A DNA stretch of 63,971 nt, filler included, from Octopus bimaculoides (taxonomy: Eukaryota), in assembly GCF_001194135.2 (NCBI RefSeq). It is 7 parts of 6 records of this genome, joined end to end, with 100 filler letters (N's around TTAATTAATTAA, not from the genome) between each part and the next. Parts side by side here need not be neighbours in the genome. Positions count along the whole stretch, not along the records: positions 12,573 to 34,813 come from NC_068985.1; positions 34,914 to 45,019 come from NC_068981.1; 5 more parts are not named here. The stretch is one strand, 5' to 3'. Made by a program: the position numbers and the translations under genes. Each line of letters begins with the position of its first letter. The first letter of the stretch is position 1. This document shows positions 26,475-38,540 of the stretch, piece by piece. The notes under the pieces are model-generated. The model had not been told where the DNA came from and ran no database searches. It worked only from the letters and a program-made list of their open reading frames with translations.

Positions 26475-27568
26475 GTGCAGAGAGAAGATTGCAAACAATG
26501 AATGAAATAAACACGAAATGAAAAAAATCGTAAAAATAAAAGCTCGTAAAAAAACTTGTACCGAATATTTAAATTTGTGAACTTGAAATATTCAATAATA
26601 AAAGGAAGTTCAGAAACTAAATTTTCTTGAAAACTTCAATTTATAAAAAAATCTCACTTGCTTAGTAAATATTTCTTTCAGTAATTTATTGTAGTTGTTT
26701 GCGAGTAACGAATGAAAACTTGAAATGAAAACATTAAAAATAGAGATAGAGAGGTTTCGCAAATGTCAACGGAAAATTTCGCCGGCAACGAATTAATATT
26801 GTTTAGGTAGTTGCTACATCAATCCCGGAAGTTGACATTGAAAAACCTATACATAAAGTAACATTATTTATTTTTAATAGAAAAATACAATGAAGACCCT
26901 ATTATGTATCCGAGGTCAAATTATTCACGCATCCCAAGTATAGAAGCAGTATGGAAGTATCGAGCAGNNNNNNNNNNNNNNNNNNNNNNNNNNNNNNNNN
27001 NNNNNNNNNNNNNNNNNNNNNNNNNNNNNNNNNNNNNNNNNNNNNNNNNNNNNNNNNNNNNNNNNNNNNNNNNNNNNNNNNNNNNNNNNNNNNNNNNNNN
27101 NNNNNNNNNNNNNNNNNNNNNNNNNNNNNNNNNNNNNNNNNNNNNNNNNNNNNNNNNNNNNNNNNNNNNNNNNNNNNNNNNNNNNNNNNNNNNNNNNNNN
27201 NNNNNNNNNNNNNNNNNNNNNNNNNNNNNNNNNNNNNNNNNNNNNNNNNNNNNNNNNNNNNNNNNNNNNNNNNNNNNNNNNNNNNNNNNNNNNNNNNNNN
27301 NNNNNNNNNNNNNNNNNNNNNNNNNNNNNNNNNNNNNNNNNNNNNNNNNNNNNNNNNNNNNNNNNNNNNNNNNNNNNNNNNNNNNNNNNNNNNNNNNNNN
27401 NNNNNNNNNNNNNNNNNNNNNNNNNNNNNNNNNNNNNNNNNNNNNNNNNNNNNNNNNNNNNNNNNNNNNNNNNNNNNNNNNNNNNNNNNNTATATATATA
27501 TATATATATATATAAGTATGTATTATGTGTGTATGCATATAAGTAGGTAGGTAGGTAGGTATACTATT

Positions 27569-27615
27569 GACAGTGATTTCGAAGTTTCGACCAGCTAACC
27601 CATCATCAGACTGTC
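27569..27615 (-). ncRNA. Type I hammerhead-like motif, canonical core, weak helix II
   Basis: GACAGU-CUGAUGA-UGGGUUAGCUGGUC-GAAA-CUUCGAAA-UC-ACUGUC: 6-bp helix I, near-palindromic helix III. Confidence 0.6.
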
Positions 27616-28125
27616 CGATGAAGGGTTGACTGGGCGAAATAGTATTCTTGTTAATTAATACCTAACTACCTACCTCCTTTACCCCTCCGTACCTTACCCT
27701 CCTGCCCCCTCACCATTCCCCTTCCATCTCCTTTCCTCCCTCTCTTCGTTCCTCTTTCCTACATACCTACATACATATAGGTATATAAATATATACAAAA
27801 TAATATATATATTAATATATATATATTACATATATGATATATATAGCATGTGCATATATGCATATTATATGCACACATATACAGACATATATACACACAC
27901 ACACGCATGCACACACACGCATGCACACACACGCACACACACACACACATACACAGACACACGCACACACACATATATGCTGATTTAAACATGCATCTCA
28001 TTCAACGTGGCAAAGCATAAAATATCTCCTTTATCCATGTCATGAAGATAATGGACGTTGGTATTGAACACCGGGTCATAAATATGCATAAGTGAGAAGA
28101 CATAACTTCTTCCATTATTACAACA

Positions 28126-28186
<61 letters not shown>

Positions 28187-28254
28187 NNNNNNNNNNGACA
28201 GGTGGTGTAAATAACAAAAAGATATATTAGTATGACGCTCGGGAATACGGAAAG

Positions 28255-28291
28255 TCTTTGACGTTTCGAGCTACGCTCTTCAACAGAAAGA
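28255..28291 (-). ncRNA. Minimal type I hammerhead motif, CUGUUGA core variant
   Basis: UCUUU-CUGUUGA-A-GAGC gua GCUC-GAAA-CG-UC-AAAGA: helices I and II perfect, ACGU palindromic helix III, GUC site. Confidence 0.65.
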
Positions 28292-28422
28292 ATACGGAGA
28301 CAAGGAGAAAAACACGGAGAAAAAAAATTGAATAGTGTTCAGTCAACGGTCATATATATACATATATACACACACATGCACACATCTTTCTCTCACATTT
28401 CGTTTCTTGTATTTATATGTAC

Positions 28423-28476
<54 letters not shown>

Positions 28477-29877
28477 GTCTATCTGTCTGTCTGTCTGTCT
28501 GTCTGTCTATATATCTATATACCTATATACCTATCTCTCTTCATATATATGGATGCATGTATGTTTATATATATGAACATAAATATATGACTATATGTAT
28601 GTGTGTATGTATGTATGTATGTATGAATGTATGTATGTATGAATGTATGTATGTATGTATGTATGTAGGTATGTATGCATATATGTCTATATATATGTGT
28701 ATGTTATGTATGTATATATGCATATGTGTGTGCGTGTGTGCGTACGTGAGTGCGTGTGTGCATCGATCATAATCCTCAACTTCATTCGTCGCCACTCGCT
28801 TCTATCTCAAACCTGTACCTTGCGAAGGACAATGAATTCATTTCAACTGTCGAAAGAGGAAGGCGCCGAAGAAATTACTTCAGGATTTGTTATTTTTCGG
28901 GTGCATTTTGAAAGTTAATTGAACCGGTTTAATCTCTATTTTATTCAGATATCAAGGAAATATCATGAAGTGCTGTGCACGGAGCTGCATCGGAATTTCT
29001 CAAAAGATAATCTCGAGGTATTTTTTGAAAGTTAACCATGTGAGCGCGGGAAGCAGATATACGACGTAATATCTATGCTAGATGCGTTCGATGAAAACGA
29101 AAATCCAATGGGAGTACACTGTAGCTCTGTACTTCCTGTATGCGCAGGAAGTGTGGCTTCACTTCCTGCGTAAAGGATTTGGCTCATACGGTATTAGTTT
29201 TGGCGGGAAGAAAATTAAGTCAGATACCTTTTGGGCGCAACTCTTATTCGTTTAATATTTCCGTACCGTTAACAGCAGAAAGCGGTTTTATGACACAGCT
29301 TTGAAAAAACTTCTTTTTATGAAGCGTGAAGCAGAGGTAACCCCAGTGACACATTTTACAAACGACAATTTTTTTTCAGGTTTTCTTGCTGTTTTCATAT
29401 TTTTCATCAAATATCTTTTTAAAGGAGCAAGAATCGAATGCTTTAACAAGATATGAAAACCGTACATACAAGTATTCTAGAAACAGAAAATATAAATTCT
29501 ATTTTTTCTTTGGTAGATCATTACCATCATTACGGGAATGACCATAAAATTCTATTATTGCAGCCAAAGAACTATGAATGATTGTGGAGACGGTTAAGCT
29601 TAACATTTTATAGGAAAAGGAAAGAAAGAGACACGAAGGTAAAAAGCAGTATAACGTTTTCTTGATGTCAGGAGGAAAATGTCACTGAGGAAATGAAATT
29701 TAAGTTATTGCATCTTTATCATTCTGATACTCAAAGAACAATTGCAGGAGTTTGCAAATATTGTCTGTCTGTTGTATGGAAACTTCTCAGAAACGCTCGT
29801 GTTATATAAGATTTTTTTCTAGTGGTTAATTTATTGAGCATATCTGCCTCGTCTCTTAAATGTTCCGGTGAGAAGAA

Positions 29878-30093
29878 TAATCTTTTCTACTCTAGGCACA
29901 AGACTCGAAATTTTTGGGGAGGGTGCCAGTCGATTAGATCGATCCCAGTGCGAAACTGGTACTTAATTTATCGACCCCGAAAGGGTGAAAGGCAAAGTCG
30001 ACCTCGGTGGAACTTGAACTCGGAACATAAAGACAGAAAAAATACCGCTAAGCATTTCGCCCGGCGTGCTAGCGTTTCTGCTAGCTCGCCGCA
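29878..30093 (-). mobile_element. SINE family B, full length
   Basis: Reverse complement aligns end to end with 43248-43460. Confidence 0.9.
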
Positions 30094-30414
30094 TTTTCGG
30101 TGAGAAGAATAATACTAAGCCCAATGCAGTTCTACTTTAACCGACGCTCCTGATCATATTCCTAATCTCGATCGACACCTACCGTAAGTTTCTATTGAAA
30201 TCGTTTTCATTCCATCAAGAACAACTTCATTTCTAGAACCTATCAATAATAGTTATTCCCGTTTTCGAGGTATCCTATGATAAAATTCAGTCGATCACAA
30301 CGACTGACGATACACATCGATCCATCGAAGAATTCTGCTAAAATGTCATGATGCAAGCAAAGAAAAAAAAAAAAAGAAGGATTATAAAGAAAACGGGCTA
30401 AGGCGCAATCATGA

Positions 30415-30530
30415 CTGTGCTGTTAAGATGCTCGCTTTGGAACCACGAGGATTCGGGATCAGTTCCATTGCATGGCACTTTATGCAAATGTCTTCTATCA
30501 TAACCTTCAGCCGACCATTTTTTAGTCTCT
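30415..30530 (+). mobile_element. SINE family A head, old
   Basis: ctgtgctgttaagatgctcgctttggaaccacgagg..tggcactttatgcaaatgtcttcta. Confidence 0.55.
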
Positions 30531-30584
30531 GCCGGGGTAGGAAATTTAAGTTTCCTCTCCTTGCGAGAAACATATTTACTCTTT

Positions 30585-30794
30585 TACTCTTTTACTTGTT
30601 TCAGTTATTTGACTGCGGCCATGCTGGAGCACCGCCTTTAGTCGAGCAAACCGACCCCAGGACTTATTCTTTGTAAGCCTAGTACTTATTCTATCAATTT
30701 CCTTTTGCCGAACCGCTAAGTTACGGGGACGTAAACACACCAGCATCGGTTGTCAAACGATGTTGGGGAGACAAACAGAAGACACAAAACATAT

Positions 30795-30830
<36 letters not shown>

Positions 30831-30990
30831 ATATATACGACGAGCTTCTTCCAGTTTCCGTCTACCAAATCCACTCACAAGGCTTTGGTCGACCCGAGGC
30901 TATAGTAGAAGACACTTGCCCAAGGTGCCACGCAGTGGGAATGAACCCGAAACCATCTGGTTGGTAAGCAAGCTACTTACCACACAGCCA
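30585..30990 (-). mobile_element. SINE family A, full length (tRNA head, CORE-like block, microsatellite, tail 1)
   Basis: tggctgtgtggtaagtagcttg..caccttgggcaagtgtc (resembles MIR core ccttgggcaagt)..(TA/CA)n..gctccagcatggccgcagtcaaataactgaaacaagtaaaaga. Confidence 0.92.
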
Positions 30991-31164
30991 AACAATTGTT
31001 CGTCTTTCGGTGTTTTTTTTTCCCTTCTCCTCACAAAGGCACATAACTCTTGATTCCATGTCACTCTTGTATTTCAGATCCTTATTTTTTTAAGTCATTC
31101 ACTGAAAATTAGTCCAGTTGCTAATGGCTTTAGAAAAGGAAGTAGTTTTGTTGAGGTTCATCGT

Positions 31165-31490
31165 GTTATTATTGCTGCTGCTGCTGCTACTGCTGCTACT
31201 GCTGCTACTGATGTTACTGTTAATGTTGATGTTGGTGGTGTCGTCGTTGTTGTTTCCCACACAGTTGTCGCTGTTGTTTTAAATCTCCTTGTTCATGTTA
31301 CTTTTTTTCTGTTCGATCTTGTTCATCTTGTTTCTAATATTGTTGACACGGTTGCTATTATTGTTATTGTTTCTGCTGTTTGTGGTGGTGGTGATGGTAG
31401 TGGTGGTGGTGGTGCTGCTGCTGTTCACATTGTTGCTGTAGTCGTCGTCCTTATGGTTGCTGCTGGTACTTTTGCATTTGTTACTGACGT
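31165..31490. repeat. GCT/GTT/GGT trinucleotide mosaic
   Basis: Visible directly. Confidence 0.8.
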
Positions 31491-31866
31491 CATAGCAACA
31501 GAAGGAAATTATATTCCTATTTGACGAGAAATTAATTTCACCTTCAGCTGCTTTTCTGTTCGGAGATGAAACAGAACACTGCTCTTGGTCGATTATTATT
31601 ATTTCTTCGTATTCCGATATATTTTTTAAACTGGAAAAATGAATAGAATCCCGTCTTCACAAAAAATGCCAAAAATGCAAAATAATTATTACACCCCCGA
31701 AAAGGGGGTACAATTACACAAAATAATACAACCACGATCCAGACGATGTTAGCAAAATACTTATTGAATAAAATATTGAATAAACGGGGTGCAACCACCG
31801 AAAGGCTTGATAAAACCCTTACAAATTACGGAGGTCCAACATGTATGATTTCACAGGCTGACGGCC

Positions 31867-31919
<53 letters not shown>

Positions 31920-32808
31920 AATAATAGTAGCAGTAGTAGTAGTAGTAGAATATTGGGTATATATATATATATATATATATATANNNNNNNNNNNNNNNNN
32001 NNNNNNNNNNNNNNNNNNNNNNNNNNNNNNNNNNNNNNNNNNNNNNNNNNNNNNNNNNNNNNNNNNNNNNNNNNNNNNNNNNNNNNNNNNNNNNNNNNNN
32101 NNNNNNNNNNNNNNNNNNNNNNNNNNNNNNNNNNNNNNNNNNNNNNNNNNNNNNNNNNNNNNNNNNNNNNNNNNNNNNNNNNNNNNNNNNNNNNNNNNNN
32201 NNNNNNNNNNNNNNNNNNNNNNNNNNNNNNNNNNNNNNNNNNNNNNNNNNNNNNNNNNNNNNNNNNNNNNNNNNNNNNNNNNNNNNNNNNNNNNNNNNNN
32301 NNNNNNNNNNNNNNNNNNNNNNNNNNNNNNNNNNNNNNNNNNNNNNNNNNNNNNNNNNNNNNNNNNNNNNNNNNNNNNNNNNNNNNNNNNNNNNNNNNNN
32401 NNNNNNNNNNNNNNNNNNNNNNNNNNNNNNNNNNNNNNNNNNNNNNNNNNNNNNNNNNNNNNNNNNNNNNNNNNNNNNNNNNNNNNNNNNNNNNNNNNNN
32501 NNNNNNNNNNNNNNNNNNNNNNNNNNNNNNNNNNNNNNNNNNNNTATATATATATATATATATGTAAATATATTAAAACAAAAAGAGAGCAAAGGTGAGG
32601 TTGTATATATATATATATGCACACACACATGCATGCTTACGTGCTTGAGCATGTAGAATAGATTAGTGAATGCTTCTTTGTGGAAAAAGAGAGAGTAAAA
32701 AAACGTCCTTAATATAAGGTGTGTGTATATTGGAGTAAAAGGAAAAAGCTTCTTGATTCACAATTCTGAGTTTCATGTTTCCTGTCTCCCGCACACACAT
32801 TCACACAG

Positions 32809-32843
<35 letters not shown>

Positions 32844-33074
32844 AATTCACGCGCGCGAGTGCACACACAGACACACATATATATATATAAACTGTGGGTA
32901 TTGTGAGTGATACGATGTAGAATGACGTAAGATAATAGGCAGCTACAATTAGTGCTCAGGTCGAATTTGCGCCTTTATTCCAACTTTAGATGCAGGGATG
33001 TGAGAGCTACCTAAATGTGATTGGCTGCAGACGATGTACACCGATCGAGCTGGTATAAGTATTACAGAACAAAG

Positions 33075-33121
<47 letters not shown>

Positions 33122-33983
33122 NNNNNNNNNNNNNNNNNNNNNNNNNNNNNNNNNNNNNNNNNNNNNNNNNNNNNNNNNNNNNNNNNNNNNNNNNNNNNNN
33201 NNNNNNNNNNNNNNNNNNNNNNNNNNNNNNNNNNNNNNNNNNNNNNNNNNNNNNNNNNNNNNNNNNNNNNNNNNNNNNNNNNNNNNNNNNNNNNNNNNNN
33301 NNNNNNNNNNNNNNNNNNNNNNNNNNNNNNNNNNNNNNNNNNNNNNNNNNNNNNNNNNNNNNNNNNNNNNNNNNNNNNNNNNNNNNNNNNNNNNNNNNNN
33401 NNNNNNNNNNNNNNNNNNNNNNNNNNNNNNNNNNNNNNNNNNNNNNNNNNNNNNNNNNNNNNNNNNNNNNNNNNNNNNNNNNNNNNNNNNNNNNNNNNNN
33501 NNNNNNNNNNNNNNNNNNNNNNNNNNNNNNNNNNNNNNNNNNNNNNNNNNNNNNNNNNNNNNNNNNNNNNNNNNNNNNNNNNNNNNNNNNNNNNNNNNNN
33601 NNNNNNNNNNNNNNNNNNNNNNNNNNNNNNNNNNNNNNNNNNNNNNNNNNNNNNNNNNNNNNNNNNNNNNNNNNNNNNNNNNNNNNNNNNNNNNNNNNNN
33701 NNNNNNNNNNNNNNNNNNNNNNNNNNNNNNNNNNNNNNNNNNNNNNNNNNNNNNNNNNNNNNNNNNNNNNNNNNNNNNNNNNNNNNNNNNNNNNNNNNNN
33801 NNNNNNNNNNNNNNNNNNNNNNNNNNNNNNNNNNNNNNNNNNNNNNNNNNNNNNNNNNNNNNNNNNNNNNNNNNNNNNNNNNNNNNNNNNNNNNNNNNNN
33901 NNNNNNNNNNNNNNNNNNNNNNNNNNNNNNNNNNNNNNNNNNNNNNNNNNNNNNNNNNNNNNNNNNNNNNNNNNNNNNNNNNN

Positions 33984-34033
<50 letters not shown>

Positions 34034-34140
34034 GTGTATATGTTAATGCGTTTGTGTGGGTGTGTGTATCTGTGTGCATGTGTAAATATACATATATATA
34101 TATATGTATGTATGTATTTATTTATATATATATATATACA

Positions 34141-34192
<52 letters not shown>

Positions 34193-34232
34193 TGGAGGGA
34201 GATTCACAGATAGATAGAAAGATAGATAGATG

Positions 34233-34268
<36 letters not shown>

Positions 34269-34813
34269 CATACATACACTACTCATAAATATAAGTACAT
34301 ATATATGTAAGGTGTACTTATACTGGGTTGGATCAAGTGTTTAAATGCCTGTGCACATGAATGTGCATGTGTGTTTGCGTGTGTGTTATATATGTGTATG
34401 TGATATACGCAAGAATATCAAACATTCCATTACACTCCCACACACTCATACACCACATACCCTCACCCCATCCCCCTTACATTCTTCATTTTCCAGCGTT
34501 CCTTTTACACCATTCTCTTTCCTACCATTTGATACAGTCTTTTAATCCATGTGAAACTCTTCAACTCAAGTTTCCAATATCTCTTGCATTACCAATTATT
34601 GAAACAAAAGTTGCCATCAAACAGCGACTCCATTAAAATAATATATAAAAAAAGGTACAAAACAAAGAAAGTGGCGTGAAAATAAATACTTTTGGCTTCT
34701 TTTTTTTTAACGAAACAATAAAACAAAAAGGCGCTACCTTTTTGTACAATCTGGTTTTAACACTATTGTCTCATAATTTCTGTATATCCACCTTTTCCTC
34801 GACAAATTCCCTA

Positions 34814-34913
34814 NNNNNNNNNNNNNNNNNNNNNNNNNNNNNNNNNNNNNNNNNNNNTTAATTAATTAANNNNNNNNNNNNNNNNNNNNNNNNNNNNNNN
34901 NNNNNNNNNNNNN
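34814..34913. other. Artificial 100-bp scaffold spacer
   Basis: 44 N + TTAATTAATTAA + 44 N. Confidence 0.95.
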
Positions 34914-34969
34914 ATGTTGATGATATCTGTATTTTCAAACACCCACACGGACGCACATGCACGAGGACA

Positions 34970-35013
<44 letters not shown>

Positions 35014-35589
35014 TATGTATGTAAGTATTTATATACTCAGAATGCATATATATATATTTGCATATAGATATATATATATACATAAGTATGTATATATATA
35101 TGCGCATTTATATACACACATACATTGACATATATGCATAAACATGCATATATTTATATACGCATACATATATACATATGCATAGACTTATCTGTTTATA
35201 TATATGTGTGTGTGTGTGTGTGTGTTGTGTTTGTGCATGTATATTGTATATGTATATATATACGTATTTATATCTCAATCACTTTATGTATGTAAGTATG
35301 CACATGCACACACACAAACACACACGTGTATGTGTGCATTTGTGTGTGTGTGTGTGTGTGTGTGTACATATTCATATATATATATNNNNNNNNNNCATCG
35401 GAGACAGAAAAAAATAAAGTAATCTATTATTATATCCATAGGCGGATATTTTTAGTATGAAGTGGTTAAAAGTGTGATATATATATACGTTAGTTTTGCA
35501 TAATGTCCATCTGTAGTGAATACGGAACAGCTCAAAATACATGGCTAAGAATCATGTACCACTTATATAAAAAAGAACTACCCTTCCTG

Positions 35590-35880
35590 TTGTGTGCATT
35601 GAAGAAGAAGACAGAATTTTACCCAGAATTCCATTCTGACCATTAGACGTACCCATTCGATTTAGGAAAATTTAAGTTTCCAAAACACTTCAGATTTGCT
35701 ATGTCATTCAGTAAATCCCTACAACGAAAACTGACGGTTGCTGCACTTCATCTTGAAGAATATTTCTTTGATAATCGACAATCTCATGTACAATGGTCAC
35801 ATGTTGGAACACCCTCCCGTTATGAGCTATTTTGCCCCTGTTGCTAAAAGTAAAAATATTGGGTATCCTAAGGTGCTGAT
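35590..35880 (+). mobile_element. Helitron PIF1-like helicase C-terminal remnant
   Basis: ILPRIPF*PLDVPIRFRK..FPKHFRFAMSFSKSLQRKLTVAALHLEEYFF..SHVGTP..KSKNIGYPKVL parallels the FIPRIP..QFPVRLAFAMTINKSQGQ..KNIVY family consensus. Confidence 0.78.
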
Positions 35881-36629
35881 AGGAGAGTGTTCAGTATGGA
35901 GGGTACAACAGTCATGTTATGTAAAGTAGGGTTTGCTTCATTACAAGGTCCCAGGCCTTATTGTTGTGTGGCGGCTTGTATCCCCCACCGATTCTAATAA
36001 CTAACGGCAGAGTCCGCGCGAGCTCCAGGCAGGGCCTATCATACTGGACAGATCAAAGGATCGAGACCTGACTAACATGTGCCACCTATTCCCAAAAGTG
36101 AAAAATGTATAGATGGGTTGGCTGTCGAGTCACCTAATGTGACTCTCTCAGAAGGCTGTAATCTCATTTGGTAGTAAACCTGGATGAAGAATATATAAAC
36201 AAAGTTGTAACTTTAAATACGTTTAATGTGGCCACACGTATATACACAACTGAATGATAAATGGAATGGTTGGTGCGCAGAGGCCATGGTCTTCTGTGAT
36301 TTTGCTCCTATCTGCTAGCTGGCGTGTGGTATGGGAGAGAGCCAGTCAGGTTACGTCTTCATAGTTCGCATGCCAGTGCAGAAAATGGCAGAGGCGAGTG
36401 TTGCCCACATATGGATTTGCGTGGGGCGTTCACTCCGCCCTAGAAAAGTATAAAGAAAACAAAGATAGAGAAGCATCAATGATTATTTAAACCCGACAAG
36501 ACTTAGGAGAGGCAGCCCAGAGCGGAGAACAGAAGAGAAAAGTTGTGAGACAAAAGGTTTTTCAGACTATCTGGACATATGCTAATTTATATTTATGCTA
36601 ATTTATACCTAGGATTTTCATTTAATACG

Positions 36630-36895
36630 ATATTTTATTTTATTTATGCGCCATTTCAAAGCCTAGCCAGGATCATGGGCCCGGTTTCTCTGTTTCTATG
36701 GCGTATGTGTTCCCCCTAGCTGGACGGGACGCAAGACCATCGCAGCGTTACTCAAGAAACAGGAAGAAAGAATGAGAGAAAGTTGGGGTGGTCTGGGAAT
36801 CGAAACCGGCCGGTCTGGGAATCGAAACCGCGATCCTCCGACCGCGAGTGCGCTGCCCTAACCTCTGGGCCATTGCGCCTCCACAGTTAATACGA
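36630..36895 (-). mobile_element. SINE with family-C head and a different tail, internally deleted
   Basis: tRNA-like head (tggcccagaggttagggcagcgcactcgcggtcggaggatcgcggtttcgattcccagacc) with tandem duplication of ggtctgggaatcgaaacc; tail ctggacgggacgcaagaccatcgcag. Confidence 0.75.
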
Positions 36896-37084
36896 TATAT
36901 TTCTTAGAAAATGAATCTTCGTCTGGAAATAGACTATGATTAGGAAAGCCATAATTTAATAGGTTATCGATTAGGTAAACCATAGGTTATTGAATAAAAT
37001 TTATAAAGGGTGATTTACGAAAGCAAAACTGTTGCACGATCGGAAGGAATTGAATGGAGATAGCTTCTTATTTTCTTTTAACGT

Positions 37085-37640
<556 letters not shown>

Positions 37641-37777
37641 TCGATATATTTTACTGTGGATATTAGCCATTTCTGCAGTAAAAATCATGTGTATATCCAA
37701 AACTCAAACATTTTTAATATTCCGCATTTTTCAGAAAAAAAGCTAAGAAAATGTTTAAGCAAAAACTTGTAGTAATA

Positions 37778-38005
37778 TTCTTTTCTACTCTAGGAACAAG
37801 GCCCGAAATTTTAGGGGAGGGGGCCAGTCGATTAGATCAACTCCAGTACGCAACTGGTACTTAATTTATCGACCCTGAAAGGATGAAAGGCAAAGTTNNN
37901 NNNNNNNACTTAATTTATCGACCCTGAAAGGATGAAAGGCAAAGTTTACCTCGGCATACTAAGCATTTAGCCTGGCGTGCTAACGTTTCTGCCAAGCTCG
38001 CCGTC
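37778..38005 (-). mobile_element. SINE family B spanning a 10-N gap
   Basis: Family B sequence; about 39 bp duplicated on both sides of the gap. Confidence 0.85.
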
Positions 38006-38087
38006 TTATACTTGTGATGGTATTGAAATGAGACTTAGTTGTATCAAACAAATTTAAGCTTTTTCAATTTTTAAGTGTTGAGAATTT

Positions 38088-38096
38088 TTATTGTTG

Positions 38097-38140
<44 letters not shown>

Positions 38141-38378
38141 NNNNNNNNNNNNNNNNNNNNNNNNNNNNNNNNNNNNNNNNNNNNNNNNNNNNNNNNNNNN
38201 NNNNNNNNNNNNNNNNNNNNNNNNNNNNNNNNNNNNNNNNNNNNNNNNNNNNNNNNNNNNNNNNNNNNNNNNNNNNNNNNNNNNNNNNNNNNNNNNNNNN
38301 NNNNNNNNNNNNNNNNNNNNNNNNNNNNNNNNNNNNNNNNNNNNNNNNNNNNNNNNNNNNNNNNNNTATTACTATTAC

Positions 38379-38435
<57 letters not shown>

Positions 38436-38447
38436 TATTAGTATTAC

Positions 38448-38538
<91 letters not shown>
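38088..38538. repeat. (TTA)n microsatellite with gap
   Basis: Visible directly. Confidence 0.95.

Positions 38539-38540
<2 letters not shown>

Noticed and set aside
26890-26935. Hammerhead-like aTGAAGACC..GGTCAAAT
   Set aside because: Core mismatches at both ends and no helix I partner
30805-30990. SINE heads as tRNA genes
   Set aside because: A/B-box-like motifs only; no cloverleaf, and they continue into SINE bodies
31690-31710. ACCCCC-GAAAA-GGGGGT hairpin as a terminator
   Set aside because: Eukaryotic context, no U-tract, isolated short stem
37859-37946. 39-bp direct repeat inside a family B SINE
   Set aside because: The copies flank a 10-N gap; typical contig overlap artefact
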